In this document: positions 47,914-57,594 of the stretch, in pieces
Layout of the letters: every line of letters begins with the position of its first letter
How positions within the stretch are numbered: position 1 is the first letter of the stretch
Assembly (NCBI GenBank): GCA_965223945.1
Contig: CBDCXW010000008.1
Coordinates: forward strand, 422,485-486,484
Origin: Dehalococcoidia bacterium
GTDB taxonomy: Bacteria; Chloroflexota; Dehalococcoidia; Lucifugimonadales; CATQGZ01
Length of the DNA stretch: 64,000 nucleotides
Reading direction: 5' to 3'
The notes under the pieces: model-generated
What the model saw: the letters and a program-made list of their open reading frames with translations, nothing else
What the model was told of the DNA's origin: nothing
The model's database searches: none
Program-made: the position numbers and the translations under genes

Positions 47914-48284
47914 CGGTACCGTCTCTTGGCGACGGCCATCCCGACGAACCAGAGTGCTGTCATCAACGTGCCTACCCAGAGCCCGTTCAGGCCCGGCAGA
48001 CCCGCACGCTGAAGGAGGCCGTAGGCGGATGTCCCGATCATCGTCCCGAAGAATGCGATCACCAGGGCCTCCAGCATGATGCGCCGTCCGAGCTCGTCCG
48101 CTAGTCGCCTGACCTGGGCCACGAGCATCAGCAGGATGATCACGAACGTGAACATCGGGGCCAGCGCGACAGCGAAGCGCCACACGGCGTCCTCGTTGCG
48201 GTCCAATATCAAGCCGACAGACACAACAACGGCGACGTGCGCAGCCACCAGTCCGAAGAAGCCGATGGAGTAGGTCCTAGTCAT
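47910..48284 (-). CDS. Small 4-TM membrane protein co-transcribed with the XRE regulator
   Basis: ATG 48284 is preceded by GAGAGGAG. Four hydrophobic segments. Confidence 0.65.
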   Translation of the reverse strand: MTRTYSIGFFGLVAAHVAVVVSVGLILDRNEDAVWRFAVALAPMFTFVIILLMLVAQVRRLADELGRRIMLEALVIAFFGTMIGTSAYGLLQRAGLPGLNGLWVGTLMTALWFVGMAVAKRRYR

Positions 48285-48342
48285 GACGGATGCTCCTCTC
48301 ACCCCGAGATGCGCTCAGCGACAGCAATAATGTAAAAGTACC

Positions 48343-48357
48343 TTGACTATATGTCAA
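48343..48357. promoter_or_regulatory. Palindromic operator candidate TTGAC-N5-GTCAA
   Basis: Overlaps a minus-strand TTGACA -35-like hexamer upstream of the membrane-protein/XRE operon. Confidence 0.4.
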
Positions 48358-48388
48358 TCAAGAGCGACTTACAATAGCGGACAGGGAC

Positions 48389-48417
48389 TTGACAAAGCAA
48401 ACAACAGTTCGCATAAT
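48389..48417 (+). promoter_or_regulatory. Strong sigma70-like promoter TTGACA-N17-CATAAT
   Basis: Perfect -35, 5/6 -10 and a 17-nt spacer, about 330 nt upstream of the next plus-strand CDS start (48756). Confidence 0.5.
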
Positions 48418-48556
48418 GGTGAGAGTCACCCCACAACGCCAAGGCTGGCCCCGTAGCCCGACAGTGATGAATGGGACAAATGGGGCAAAATGGAACAATT
48501 TCACGGAAAATCGCGGCCCCGCCCCGAACGAAAAGGCCCCGATTAGCTACGAATCC

Positions 48557-48642
48557 AACTGTTCCATATCAACCCAAAACTGTTCCTAATCCTCCCATAA
48601 CTGGTCCTTGACCTTACCGAAACGGTCCTCCCTATGTCCACG
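48557..48642 (+). repeat. Four phased direct repeats AAC(T)G(T/G)TCC at a 21-22-bp period
   Basis: Copies start at 48557, 48578, 48599 and 48621. The first two 9-mers are identical (AACTGTTCC). Confidence 0.7.
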
Positions 48643-48755
48643 CCGCAGCCCCGCCCCGGAAGGACGCCGGTCAGTTCCCCGTTTTGCTCCACTAGGCAAG
48701 AGGTCTTCCCCGGCCTGCTAGAATGGGCGGCGAAACGACTTGCGGAGGACGGGAC

Positions 48756-51203
48756 ATGACCGATTCACTGCCGGACAGAGCGCGCGTCGTGGTGATTGGC
48801 GGAGGCATCGCGGGTGCCAGTGTGGCCTACCACCTGACCAGGCTGGGCTGGACAGACGTCGCAGTCCTTGAGCGAAGAGAGTTGACCGGCGGGACCACCT
48901 GGCACGCCGCCGGCTTGGTCACCCAGCTTCGCGCCTCTCAGACCCTGATCGAGCTGGCCAGAGACGCCGTCAACCTGTACGCGACGCTTGAGGCCGAGAC
49001 GGGAAGGCCAACGGGCTTCAGGCAGACCGGCAGCATCACGGTCGCCCGCACCCAGGGGCGGATGGACGAGCTCAGGCACATCGTCTCCTTAGGGCGCGTG
49101 TTTGGCATCGAGATACATGAGATTAGCCCGCGGGAGGCCGGCGAGAGGCTGCCCCTGATCGTCACCGACGACATTGTGGGCGCCATATACATCCCGAAGG
49201 ACGGCCTGGCCGTTCCGGGAGACGCCGCGATGGCGATGGCCGCAGCTGCCGAGAGCGCGGGCGCGTCCATCTTCGAGGAGACCAAGGTCACGGCCATCCA
49301 CCGGAGGAACGGCGCCGTCTCAGGCGTCTCGACCCCAAGGGGCGACGTCGAGTGCGAGTACGTCGTCAACTGCGCCGGCATGTGGGCCAGGGAGGTTGGC
49401 CTCATGTGCGGGGTAGCCGTGCCGTCGCAGGCGGCCGAGCACATGTACCTCGTCACCAAGCCCATGGGAATCCCAAGGGACATGAGCTGTCTCCGCGACC
49501 CGGACGGCCACATCTACTTCCGGCGTGACATCCAGGAAGAGGGCGCCATCCTCATGGGCGGGTTCGAGCCGCACGCGAAGCCGTGGGGCATGGACGGCAT
49601 CTCCGACGATAACAACTTCAGCCTGCTGGACCCCGACTGGGACCACTTCAAGCCGTTCTGGCACGCCGCCGTGGAGCGAATGCCGTCGATAGAGGAGGCC
49701 GGGATCGACCGCTTCAACGTGGGCGCCGAGAGCTTCACCCCGGACAACATGTTCATCATGGGAGAGGCCCCGGAGGTCAGGAACTTCTTCGTGGCCGCGG
49801 GGCTCAACTCGACCGGCATTTCGAACGCGCCCGGCGTAGGCAAGGCCGTCGCCGAGTGGATGATCGAGGGCGCTCCGACGATGGACCTGACAGAGGTGGA
49901 CATCAGGCGTTTCAGCCCCTTCCAGAACGGCGCAAGCTACCTCTACGACCGCACGGTGGAGACCGTCGGAACGATCTACGGCATGCACTGGCCCCAGAAG
50001 GAGTTCGAGACGGCCCGCCCCGCCCGGCGCTCGGCGCTGCACGATCGGCTTGCGGCGCTCCGGGCCTGCTTCGGCGTCGCCGCGGGGTGGGAGCGCCCCA
50101 ACTGGTACGCGCCGGAGGGGGTAGAGCCCAGGGACGTGTACTCCTTCGGGCGGCAGAACTGGTTCCCGTACACGGCCGAGGAGCACCGCGCGGTGAGGGA
50201 CACCGTCGGTCTCTTCGACCAGTCCTCGTTCGCCAAGTTCCTTCTCCAGGGCCGGGATGCTGAGGCCGTCCTGCAGCGCATCTGCTCCAACGACGTCGGT
50301 GTGGAGCCCGGCAGAGTGGTCTACACGGCCATGCTCAATCGGAGCGGCGGAATCGAGGCGGACCTCACGGTCACCAGGATGTCTGAGGACGCATACATGA
50401 TCGTGACCGGCGGCACGACCGCCACGCGCACCCGTAACTGGGTTGGACGGAATATCCCCGTCGACGCCCGAGCCGTCCTCACCGACGTTACCTCGGGATA
50501 CGGAGTGCTCGGACTCATGGGCCCGCGGTCGCGGGAGTTGCTGTCAGCTGTCACAGGCGCTGACATGTCCAACGAAGGCTTCCCCTTCCTGTCGACGCGC
50601 GAGATCGAGATCGGGTACGCCCCCGTTCGGGCCTCGCGCATCACCTACGTCGGCGAGCTGGGCTGGGAGCTGTATGTTCCCACAGAGTTCATGTTGGGGG
50701 TCTACGACCGCATAGTCGAGGCGGGCTCCGCTCTTGGGCTGCGGCACGCTGGGTACCGCTCGATGGACTCGCTGCGTCTCGAGAAGGGGTACCGGGCGTG
50801 GGGGCTGGACCTTACCGACCAGGACACGCCGCTCGAGGCCGGACTGGGGTTTGCGGTCGCGTTCGACAAGGGCGTGGACTTCATCGGACGCGACGCTCTG
50901 CTGAGCCAGCGCGACGCCGGTCTGGAGAGGCGGCTCGCCATGTTCGTGCTGGACGACCCGGAGCCGTACATACTCGGCAACGAGCCGGTGTACCGCGACG
51001 GCGAGGTAGTCGGCCGGATCACGTCCGGGTTCTTCGGACACACCGTGGGCAGGTCCGTGGGAATGGGCTACGTGCGCGTCGAGCCCGGCGCCGGACCCAT
51101 CGCGTCCGGCTCATACGAGCTGGAGATGTCCACGGAGCGGTTCCCGGCAACCGCAAGCCTCCGCCCGCCCTACGACCCCAGGAGCCTCCGGGTACGGGGC
51201 TAG
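48756..51203 (+). CDS. FAD-dependent oxidoreductase fused to GcvT-like folate-binding domain (dimethylglycine/sarcosine dehydrogenase family)
   Basis: VVVIGGGIAGASVAYHL (a dinucleotide fold), and a C-terminal GcvT-like domain YVGELGWELY.... Start chosen at MTDSLPD. Confidence 0.9.
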   Translation: MTDSLPDRARVVVIGGGIAGASVAYHLTRLGWTDVAVLERRELTGGTTWHAAGLVTQLRASQTLIELARDAVNLYATLEAETGRPTGFRQTGSITVARTQGRMDELRHIVSLGRVFGIEIHEISPREAGERLPLIVTDDIVGAIYIPKDGLAVPGDAAMAMAAAAESAGASIFEETKVTAIHRRNGAVSGVSTPRGDVECEYVVNCAGMWAREVGLMCGVAVPSQAAEHMYLVTKPMGIPRDMSCLRDPDGHIYFRRDIQEEGAILMGGFEPHAKPWGMDGISDDNNFSLLDPDWDHFKPFWHAAVERMPSIEEAGIDRFNVGAESFTPDNMFIMGEAPEVRNFFVAAGLNSTGISNAPGVGKAVAEWMIEGAPTMDLTEVDIRRFSPFQNGASYLYDRTVETVGTIYGMHWPQKEFETARPARRSALHDRLAALRACFGVAAGWERPNWYAPEGVEPRDVYSFGRQNWFPYTAEEHRAVRDTVGLFDQSSFAKFLLQGRDAEAVLQRICSNDVGVEPGRVVYTAMLNRSGGIEADLTVTRMSEDAYMIVTGGTTATRTRNWVGRNIPVDARAVLTDVTSGYGVLGLMGPRSRELLSAVTGADMSNEGFPFLSTREIEIGYAPVRASRITYVGELGWELYVPTEFMLGVYDRIVEAGSALGLRHAGYRSMDSLRLEKGYRAWGLDLTDQDTPLEAGLGFAVAFDKGVDFIGRDALLSQRDAGLERRLAMFVLDDPEPYILGNEPVYRDGEVVGRITSGFFGHTVGRSVGMGYVRVEPGAGPIASGSYELEMSTERFPATASLRPPYDPRSLRVRG

Positions 51204-51229
51204 GGAAGGTTGTTCGTTGCCGAGCGGCG

Positions 51230-51258
51230 TTGGAATGGGCGGGCACTTGGCGTATGAT
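51230..51258 (+). promoter_or_regulatory. Putative promoter of the HEPN-DUF499 gene
   Basis: TTGGAA-N17-TATGAT, 42 nt upstream of ATG 51300. Confidence 0.4.
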
Positions 51259-51299
51259 ACCCGCGTTTTGGGGGACACCACGCTGGGGGTCGGCTCGGA

Positions 51300-54200
51300 A
51301 TGACCACGGTAGAACGCCCGAACAACGATGCGCTCACCCAAGCGGTCAATATCTACCGGGACGCAATGCGCCCATTCATCGTGCGCTGTCTCAGGCAGGT
51401 TCGCGGCAGCAAAGCCGATGACCTGATTCGCGGGGCCCTTCGCGACCGTCAAGCCGAAGACTTCGACTCCAGACTCAAGTGGCATAGTGGCAACGTCGAG
51501 GCGTCCATAGATGTCGACGACTTCCCGACAATCATCCAGAAGCTCTGGAGACTGGCTTTCGAGAGGCAGCTCGCAGAAGACCGGACTATACTCAACCGCT
51601 TCTGGCTGGTGAAGGCCGCACGCGATCAGGTTTCTCACCCCGGCGCCACAGACCTGCAGACGGCCGACACAGTCAACCACCTATACCAGATATCGACAGT
51701 CCTGCGCCAGATCAGCGCGCCTCAGGAGGCAGACGCGGTTCAGTCCATAAGCGACAAGGTCCAGCGCCCCGAGCAGACAGGCGGAGTCACTTCGCCGCCG
51801 GACCTGCCCATGGCCGACCTCGGCAAGCCCGAGCCGCCGCGGACCAATGGCAGCCTCGCACCCTGGAGGAACGTGATTCGACCCAACGTCGACGTTGCCC
51901 ATGGAACGTCGCAGGAAGCCGAGTTCGCGGCAGATCTGCAACAAGTGAAGGACGGGCGCGCCAGCGCCACGAGCTACGGTGACCCTGTGAAGTTCTTCGG
52001 CCAGACCTACGTCACGTCCGGGCTCAAGACGCTGCTGGTCAACGTGCTGAGCAGGATCGGCGGTACCGGCGGCGACCCTGTCATACAGACCAAGACCGGC
52101 TTCGGCGGCGGCAAGACGCACAGCCTGATCGCGCTGTACCATCTGGTCGAGAGCGTTAGCGCCCTGGTCAACGCCCCGGAGCAGGGCGGCGACTCCCGCG
52201 CCAGCTCGGAGATAAGGAAAATAATCGGTGAGGCCGGGCTCGACCCCGACGCGGTTCCCGAAGCCCGCATTGCCGTGATAGTCGGCACCTTCCACGCTCC
52301 GACCGACGTGGACACGACAGCCGGCGGCGATCCGCTCAACACCCTGTGGGGCCTGATGGCACACCAGTTGGGCGGACAGGACGGTTACGACATTATTGGA
52401 GAGGCTGCCCGGCAGGATACCGCGCCCAGCGGAAGACAGCTCGACGCTCTGTTCGAGCGCGTTGGCCCTTGTGTGATACTCATCGACGAGCTGGTAGCCT
52501 ACGTCCGCAACGTCCCTGGAGCGGCCGTCGATTCCATATACACGTTCGTTCAGACCCTAACGGAGTCGGTCCGACGCAGCAAGAACGCGGCGCTGGTGGT
52601 GACCCTGCCACAGAGCGACATTGAGGCCGGTGGCGAAGCCGGAGTCCAGGCGCTCGCCAGACTCGACCACATCCTGGGACGGATCGAGTCCGTGTGGCAG
52701 CCTCTGGAAGTCAACGAGACCTTTGAGGTCGTGCGCCGCCGCCTCTTCGAAAGCGCGATAGATGAGTCCGAGCGTGACCGCACATGTGAAGCGTTCGCCA
52801 GAATGTACTCCTCCTATCGGCGCGAGTATCCGCAGGGCGCCGGCGAATCCCAATACCTGCAACGCATGAAGGCCTGCTATCCGATACATCCTGAGATATT
52901 CGACCGGCTCTATTCGGACTGGTCGTCGATCCCACAGTTCCAGCGCACGCGCGGCGTGCTGCGGATGATGGCAAACTGCGTCAGCCGCCTCTATCTCAGC
53001 AATGACCCCTCGCCCCTGATCATGCCCGCGACTCTGCCACTCGACGACCCTGCGTTTGCCAACGAGTTCATCAGGCTGTTGCCCGGACAGTGGGACGCCG
53101 TGATCTCTGAAGTGGACAGCGATAGCTCCCGTACGGACGAAATCGACAGGTCGAACCCCCGGACGTTTGGCGACGTCGGCGGCGCCGCCCGACGCATAGC
53201 CCGAACGATATTCCTGGGCAGCGCGCCCGCTGGAGCCGTGAGGGGAATCGACGGTAGACAGATACATCTTGGCGTGGTGCAGCCCGGCCATGGGGTGTCC
53301 GCGTACAACGACGCGCTTGGCCGTATGTCCGGTGAGCTGTACTATCTGTACAGCGCCGGGGACAGACACTTCTTCAACGCCGAGCCGAACCTGAACCGTC
53401 TCGCCGCCGACCGCGCGGTCGCTCTGAGCGACGCCGATGTCACCCACCACGTCGTCGAACGCCTTGAGGAGGCGCGGGGAAGAAGGCAGGATGTTATCTC
53501 ATGTCCAGGAGACTCCGCCGACGTTCCCGACACAGACTCCGTGCGGCTGATCATCATCCCGCCGGACAGAACGCTCCCCACACGCTCGTCGGAGTCCGAC
53601 TTGGCGACCGATACCGCCTTGAGGCTGCTGACCGAACGGGGCGACGCCGGACGCACCCACAGGAACATGTTGCTGTTCCTCGCCGCCAAGTCAGACGAGG
53701 TACGCAATCTTAAGAGTGCGGTCAGAAGGCGGCTGGCATGGCACTCGATTCTCAACGGCGCCGACCGGGTTGAGAGCTTGTCAGGCGAGAGGGTGCGCCA
53801 AGCGAACGACAGCCTTCGGGCAGCTGATTCGGACGTGCGGAACGGTCTTGTAAGCGCCTACCGATGGGCGCTGTGGCCCGTGCAGGACGACCCGCAAAAT
53901 GATGAGTACAGCTTCAGGCAGGAGGTCACGGATCCGGCGGACACGGGCGACATCGTCTGGGGCGCATTCGAGAAGTTCGCTGAGAACGAGGCTTTGGTAA
54001 ACGGGATCACACCGGCGGCGCTCGCCACCATGCTGTCCCGGTACGTCTGGACCAACCAGGCATACCGGGATCACGTCAAAGTCGAAACGCTGTGGAGAAT
54101 GTTGACATCCAACGTCTACATGCACAGGCTCAAGAACCGATCGGTGCTCGAAACGTGCATCGATCAGGGTGTGACCGACGGCGCATTCGGCATCGCGGGG

Positions 54201-54683
54201 GGATACTCGGAGTCGGAAGGCAAGTACGCCGACTTGCGATTCAAGGAGTCACTAGACCCCGGCCTGTTGGGCATATCGGGCCTATCGGGTCGTCTGCTCA
54301 TAACTCCGGACATGGCGGAGCTGGTGAGGCAAGAATCCAGGCCGGAAACGACCACGACGCAGGACTGGGAAACGGACACGGGGAACGGTCCCGACGATCA
54401 GCACGGCCAGACACTACCTGATGATACGGAAGATCCGCCGACACCGACCCAGCCAGCGGGACCGAGAAGAATACTCGCCACCAAAACGTTCCAGGGCGAC
54501 CTGTCACTGGACGCCGTCGGTCAGCTTCGAGACGAAATCATCCGCAACCTGAACCACGATGGAGGCAGCGTGACCGTACAAATAACCATATCAGCGGAGA
54601 AGTCGGACGGATTCTCCGCTGGAATCACGCGGTCGGTGCGGGAAAACGGCCAGCAGCTCGGGCTGGACCTCTCATTCGACTAG
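51300..54683 (+). CDS. Swt1-like HEPN domain fused to DUF499-type P-loop ATPase (1127 aa)
   Basis: N-terminus AVNIYRDAMRPFIVRCL...ARDQVSH (Rx4H at aa 108-113). DUF499 signature APWRNVIRPNVDVAHG...AEFAADLQQV. Walker A GFGGGKTH (52098-52118). Walker B VILIDELVAY. Confidence 0.85.
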   Translation: MTTVERPNNDALTQAVNIYRDAMRPFIVRCLRQVRGSKADDLIRGALRDRQAEDFDSRLKWHSGNVEASIDVDDFPTIIQKLWRLAFERQLAEDRTILNRFWLVKAARDQVSHPGATDLQTADTVNHLYQISTVLRQISAPQEADAVQSISDKVQRPEQTGGVTSPPDLPMADLGKPEPPRTNGSLAPWRNVIRPNVDVAHGTSQEAEFAADLQQVKDGRASATSYGDPVKFFGQTYVTSGLKTLLVNVLSRIGGTGGDPVIQTKTGFGGGKTHSLIALYHLVESVSALVNAPEQGGDSRASSEIRKIIGEAGLDPDAVPEARIAVIVGTFHAPTDVDTTAGGDPLNTLWGLMAHQLGGQDGYDIIGEAARQDTAPSGRQLDALFERVGPCVILIDELVAYVRNVPGAAVDSIYTFVQTLTESVRRSKNAALVVTLPQSDIEAGGEAGVQALARLDHILGRIESVWQPLEVNETFEVVRRRLFESAIDESERDRTCEAFARMYSSYRREYPQGAGESQYLQRMKACYPIHPEIFDRLYSDWSSIPQFQRTRGVLRMMANCVSRLYLSNDPSPLIMPATLPLDDPAFANEFIRLLPGQWDAVISEVDSDSSRTDEIDRSNPRTFGDVGGAARRIARTIFLGSAPAGAVRGIDGRQIHLGVVQPGHGVSAYNDALGRMSGELYYLYSAGDRHFFNAEPNLNRLAADRAVALSDADVTHHVVERLEEARGRRQDVISCPGDSADVPDTDSVRLIIIPPDRTLPTRSSESDLATDTALRLLTERGDAGRTHRNMLLFLAAKSDEVRNLKSAVRRRLAWHSILNGADRVESLSGERVRQANDSLRAADSDVRNGLVSAYRWALWPVQDDPQNDEYSFRQEVTDPADTGDIVWGAFEKFAENEALVNGITPAALATMLSRYVWTNQAYRDHVKVETLWRMLTSNVYMHRLKNRSVLETCIDQGVTDGAFGIAGGYSESEGKYADLRFKESLDPGLLGISGLSGRLLITPDMAELVRQESRPETTTTQDWETDTGNGPDDQHGQTLPDDTEDPPTPTQPAGPRRILATKTFQGDLSLDAVGQLRDEIIRNLNHDGGSVTVQITISAEKSDGFSAGITRSVRENGQQLGLDLSFD

Positions 54684-54812
54684 GGGATGCCGACGACCTG
54701 CTTGACACAATGTCACGGGGAATAATGCCGATGCGCTGCCGGGCGTCTGGACCGCACATATACGCCATCGGCCAACCTAATCTATCAGTAGCGTAGGAAC
54801 GAAAACAGGCCC

Positions 54813-57594
54813 GTGACTACCGACGTACCCCGCAAGAAGCTCATAGAAGTCGATCTGCCCCTCGACGATATCAACCGCGAGTCAGCCCGCGAGAAGTCCA
54901 TCAGGCACGGACACCCATCCACCCTCCACCTATGGTGGGCCCGTCGACCTCTCGCAGCCTGCCGGGCAGTCATCTTCGCCAGTATGGTGGACGACCCATC
55001 CTCATGCCCCGAGTTCCGAACACCCGAGGCCCGGGATACTGAGCGTGAGCGACTCCACGACATCATCAAGCGGCTCGTGGTGTGGGAGAACGGCAATGAC
55101 GAGACCATGTTGGCCGAGGCCCGGTACGAGATTGCACGCTCCGTGGCGAGGTCGTGCGGCGAGACGGCCCCCACCGAGCCGGACGATGTGCTGCGCTACC
55201 TGAACGACAAGGCCCTGCCCGTCTACGACCCCTTCTGTGGCGGCGGCTCCATACCCCTGGAGGCACAGCGCCTCGGCCTGCGGGCCGTCGGCTCCGACCT
55301 CAACCCCATCGCCGTCCTCATCACCAAGGCCCTTATAGAGCTGCCGCCAAGGTTCAGAAACATGCCACCCGTCAATCCCGAAGCCGACCCGATGGGCATG
55401 ACGACGGGCAAGGGCATGAAGAAGAAGCAGGTGCCCTGGCGCGGCACAGCAGGACTCGCCGCCGACATCCGCTACTACGGGCGCTGGATGCGCGAGGAGG
55501 CGTTCAAGCGCGTCGGGCACCTCTACCCGAAGGCCAGGCTGCCCGACGGAAGCGAGGCCGCCGTCATCGCCTGGCTCTGGGCCCGCACCGTCCCATGCCC
55601 GAACCCCGCCTGCGGCATCGCCATGCCGCTCATGCGGACATTCCAGGTGTCGAAGAAGGGCAGCGGGCATAGAACCAGGCCGGTCGTGGACAGGGGCGCG
55701 AAGTCCGCCTCCTTCGTCGTGGAGCGCTACGACGAAGGCGTGGACGAAGGCGGCACCGTCAACCGCAACGGCGCGAAGTGCGTCGCCTGCGGCAGCGCGA
55801 CCCCGCTCGCTTACGTCCGCGAGCAGGCCAGGGCCGGCAGAATGGGCGAGCAGATGACCGCCATAGTCGCCGAGGGCGACCGCAGGCGCATCTTCCTGTC
55901 TCCCACCGACGAGCACGTCCAGACCGCGCTGAAGGCCAAACCTGGGTGGCGGCCTGCTGGCAGGCTGCCGGAGCAGGCGTTGGGTTTCAGGGTGCAGCGA
56001 TATGGGTTCACCCAGTGGCGCCAGCTTTTCACCGAAAGGCAACTGGTTGCGCTCACTACCTTCAGCGACCTGATGCCCGATGTTCGTTCCCTGATACTTG
56101 AACACGGATCGTCAACGGAGTACGCCGATGCCGTGGAAACGTACCTCGCGCTTGCTGTTGGCAGAGAAGCAGACATGTGTTCCAGCTTTAATAGATGGCA
56201 CAACTCCGGTGACTTTGTCACCGGAGTTTTCGGCCGTCAGGCCATTCCCATAATCTGGGATTTTGCAGAATCCAATCCGCTCTCCAACTCGACCGGAAAC
56301 TGGATGGCACATGTCGAGTGGGTTGCCAAGGTTGTCGATAAGCTGCCCATTGAAGCTTCTGGCGGGGAAGTGCATCAGGCAGACGCTTCCACTACGATAC
56401 ATGCAGTGAATGGCCCGGTAATCGTTACTGGCCCCCCCTACTATGACAACATCGGCTATGCTGACTTGTCAGACTTCTTCTACGTGTGGCTCCGCCCGCT
56501 GCTCCGTGACATCTACCCCGACCTGTTCTCCGGCATACTTGTCCCTAAAGACGAGGAGATGATTGCCACCCCGTTCCGGTTCAAGAATTCTCGACAGAGG
56601 TTTGAGGACTTGCTGAACAAGACACTGCGGCTGATACGCGAACGCTGTTCGCCTGAGTTCCCATCGTCCATCTTCTACGCCTACAAGCAGCAGCAGGAGG
56701 AGCGAGAGGGCAGGACCTCCTCCGGCTGGGAGACGATGCTGACCGCGCTGGTGAACGCGGGCTTCCGTATAATCGGCACTTGGCCGATGCGAACAGAGAT
56801 GTCAGTGCGCTCCAATGCTATGGCTGCCAACGCTCTCGCCTCGTCCGTCGTGCTCGTCTGCCGCCCACGTCCCGACGACGCGCCCGTCGCGACGCGGCGG
56901 CAATTTCTCGACGCGCTCGACAAAAGAGATGCCGGACAGGCTGGACCGCCTTACGCGGGAGAGTCACATCGCGCCGGTGGACCTGGCGCAGGCCGCCATC
57001 GGCCCCGGCATGGAGATATACTCGCGCTACGGACGTGTCGAGACGATAGGCGGCGAGCCGGTTCCGGTGCGGGAGGCGCTGGCTGCCATCAACAGGGCCA
57101 TCGACGACTACTCGGCGCGTCAGGAGGGCGATCTGGACTCCGAGTCCCGCTTCTGCCTCGCCTGGCTGAAGCAGCGCGGGTTTGCGGAAGGGCCCTACGG
57201 CGAGGCCGAGACGCTGGCACAGGCCAGGAACGTCGCCGTGGGGGAGCTGGGCCGCCTGCTGGTTGCGGAACGGGGCAACGTAAGGCTGCTGCCGATCAGC
57301 GCTTACGGTGAGGGTCGCCCACCTTCGTTCGGCATGACCGCGTGGGAGGGCTGCTTCCGCATGGCCTACCACTTCTTCGAGCGCGAGCGGGGCCACACCG
57401 TGGAGGGAGCGGCGCAGGTTGCCGGTGCAATGCGAGGAGGCGTCGATTCGGTCGAGCGTCTGGCGCGGATTCTCTACAACCACTTCGACCGGAGGAACGA
57501 CTCCGCGAACGCGGTGGCGTTCAACAGCCTGGTGACTTCGTGGAACGCCGTCATCGCGAAGGCTCAGAAAGAAGAGCAGGGCGGGTTGCTTTGA
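54813..57594 (+). CDS. DUF1156-family Zn-ribbon DNA methyltransferase, interrupted by a +1 frameshift at the A-run 56922-56925
   Basis: DUF1156 N-terminus LIEVDLPLDDINRESAREKSIRHGHPSTLHLWWARRPLAACRA. Motif I DPFCGGGS. Zn ribbon CPNPAC...CVAC. Motif IV reads GPPYYD. The conserved C-terminus (IAPVDLAQAAIGPGMEIYSRY...) continues in the +1 frame (ORF 56815..57594). GTG start. Confidence 0.85.

Noticed and set aside
55002-56105. 367-aa ORF antisense to the DUF1156 methyltransferase
   Set aside because: A shadow ORF. The sense strand carries the SAM-binding and Zn-ribbon motifs.
57342-57590. Upstream extension of the GIY-YIG ORF (212-aa version)
   Set aside because: It overlaps the conserved C-terminus of the methyltransferase in another frame. 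The translation is Arg/Gly-rich, and the domain begins after the TTG 57591 / ATG 57642 starts.
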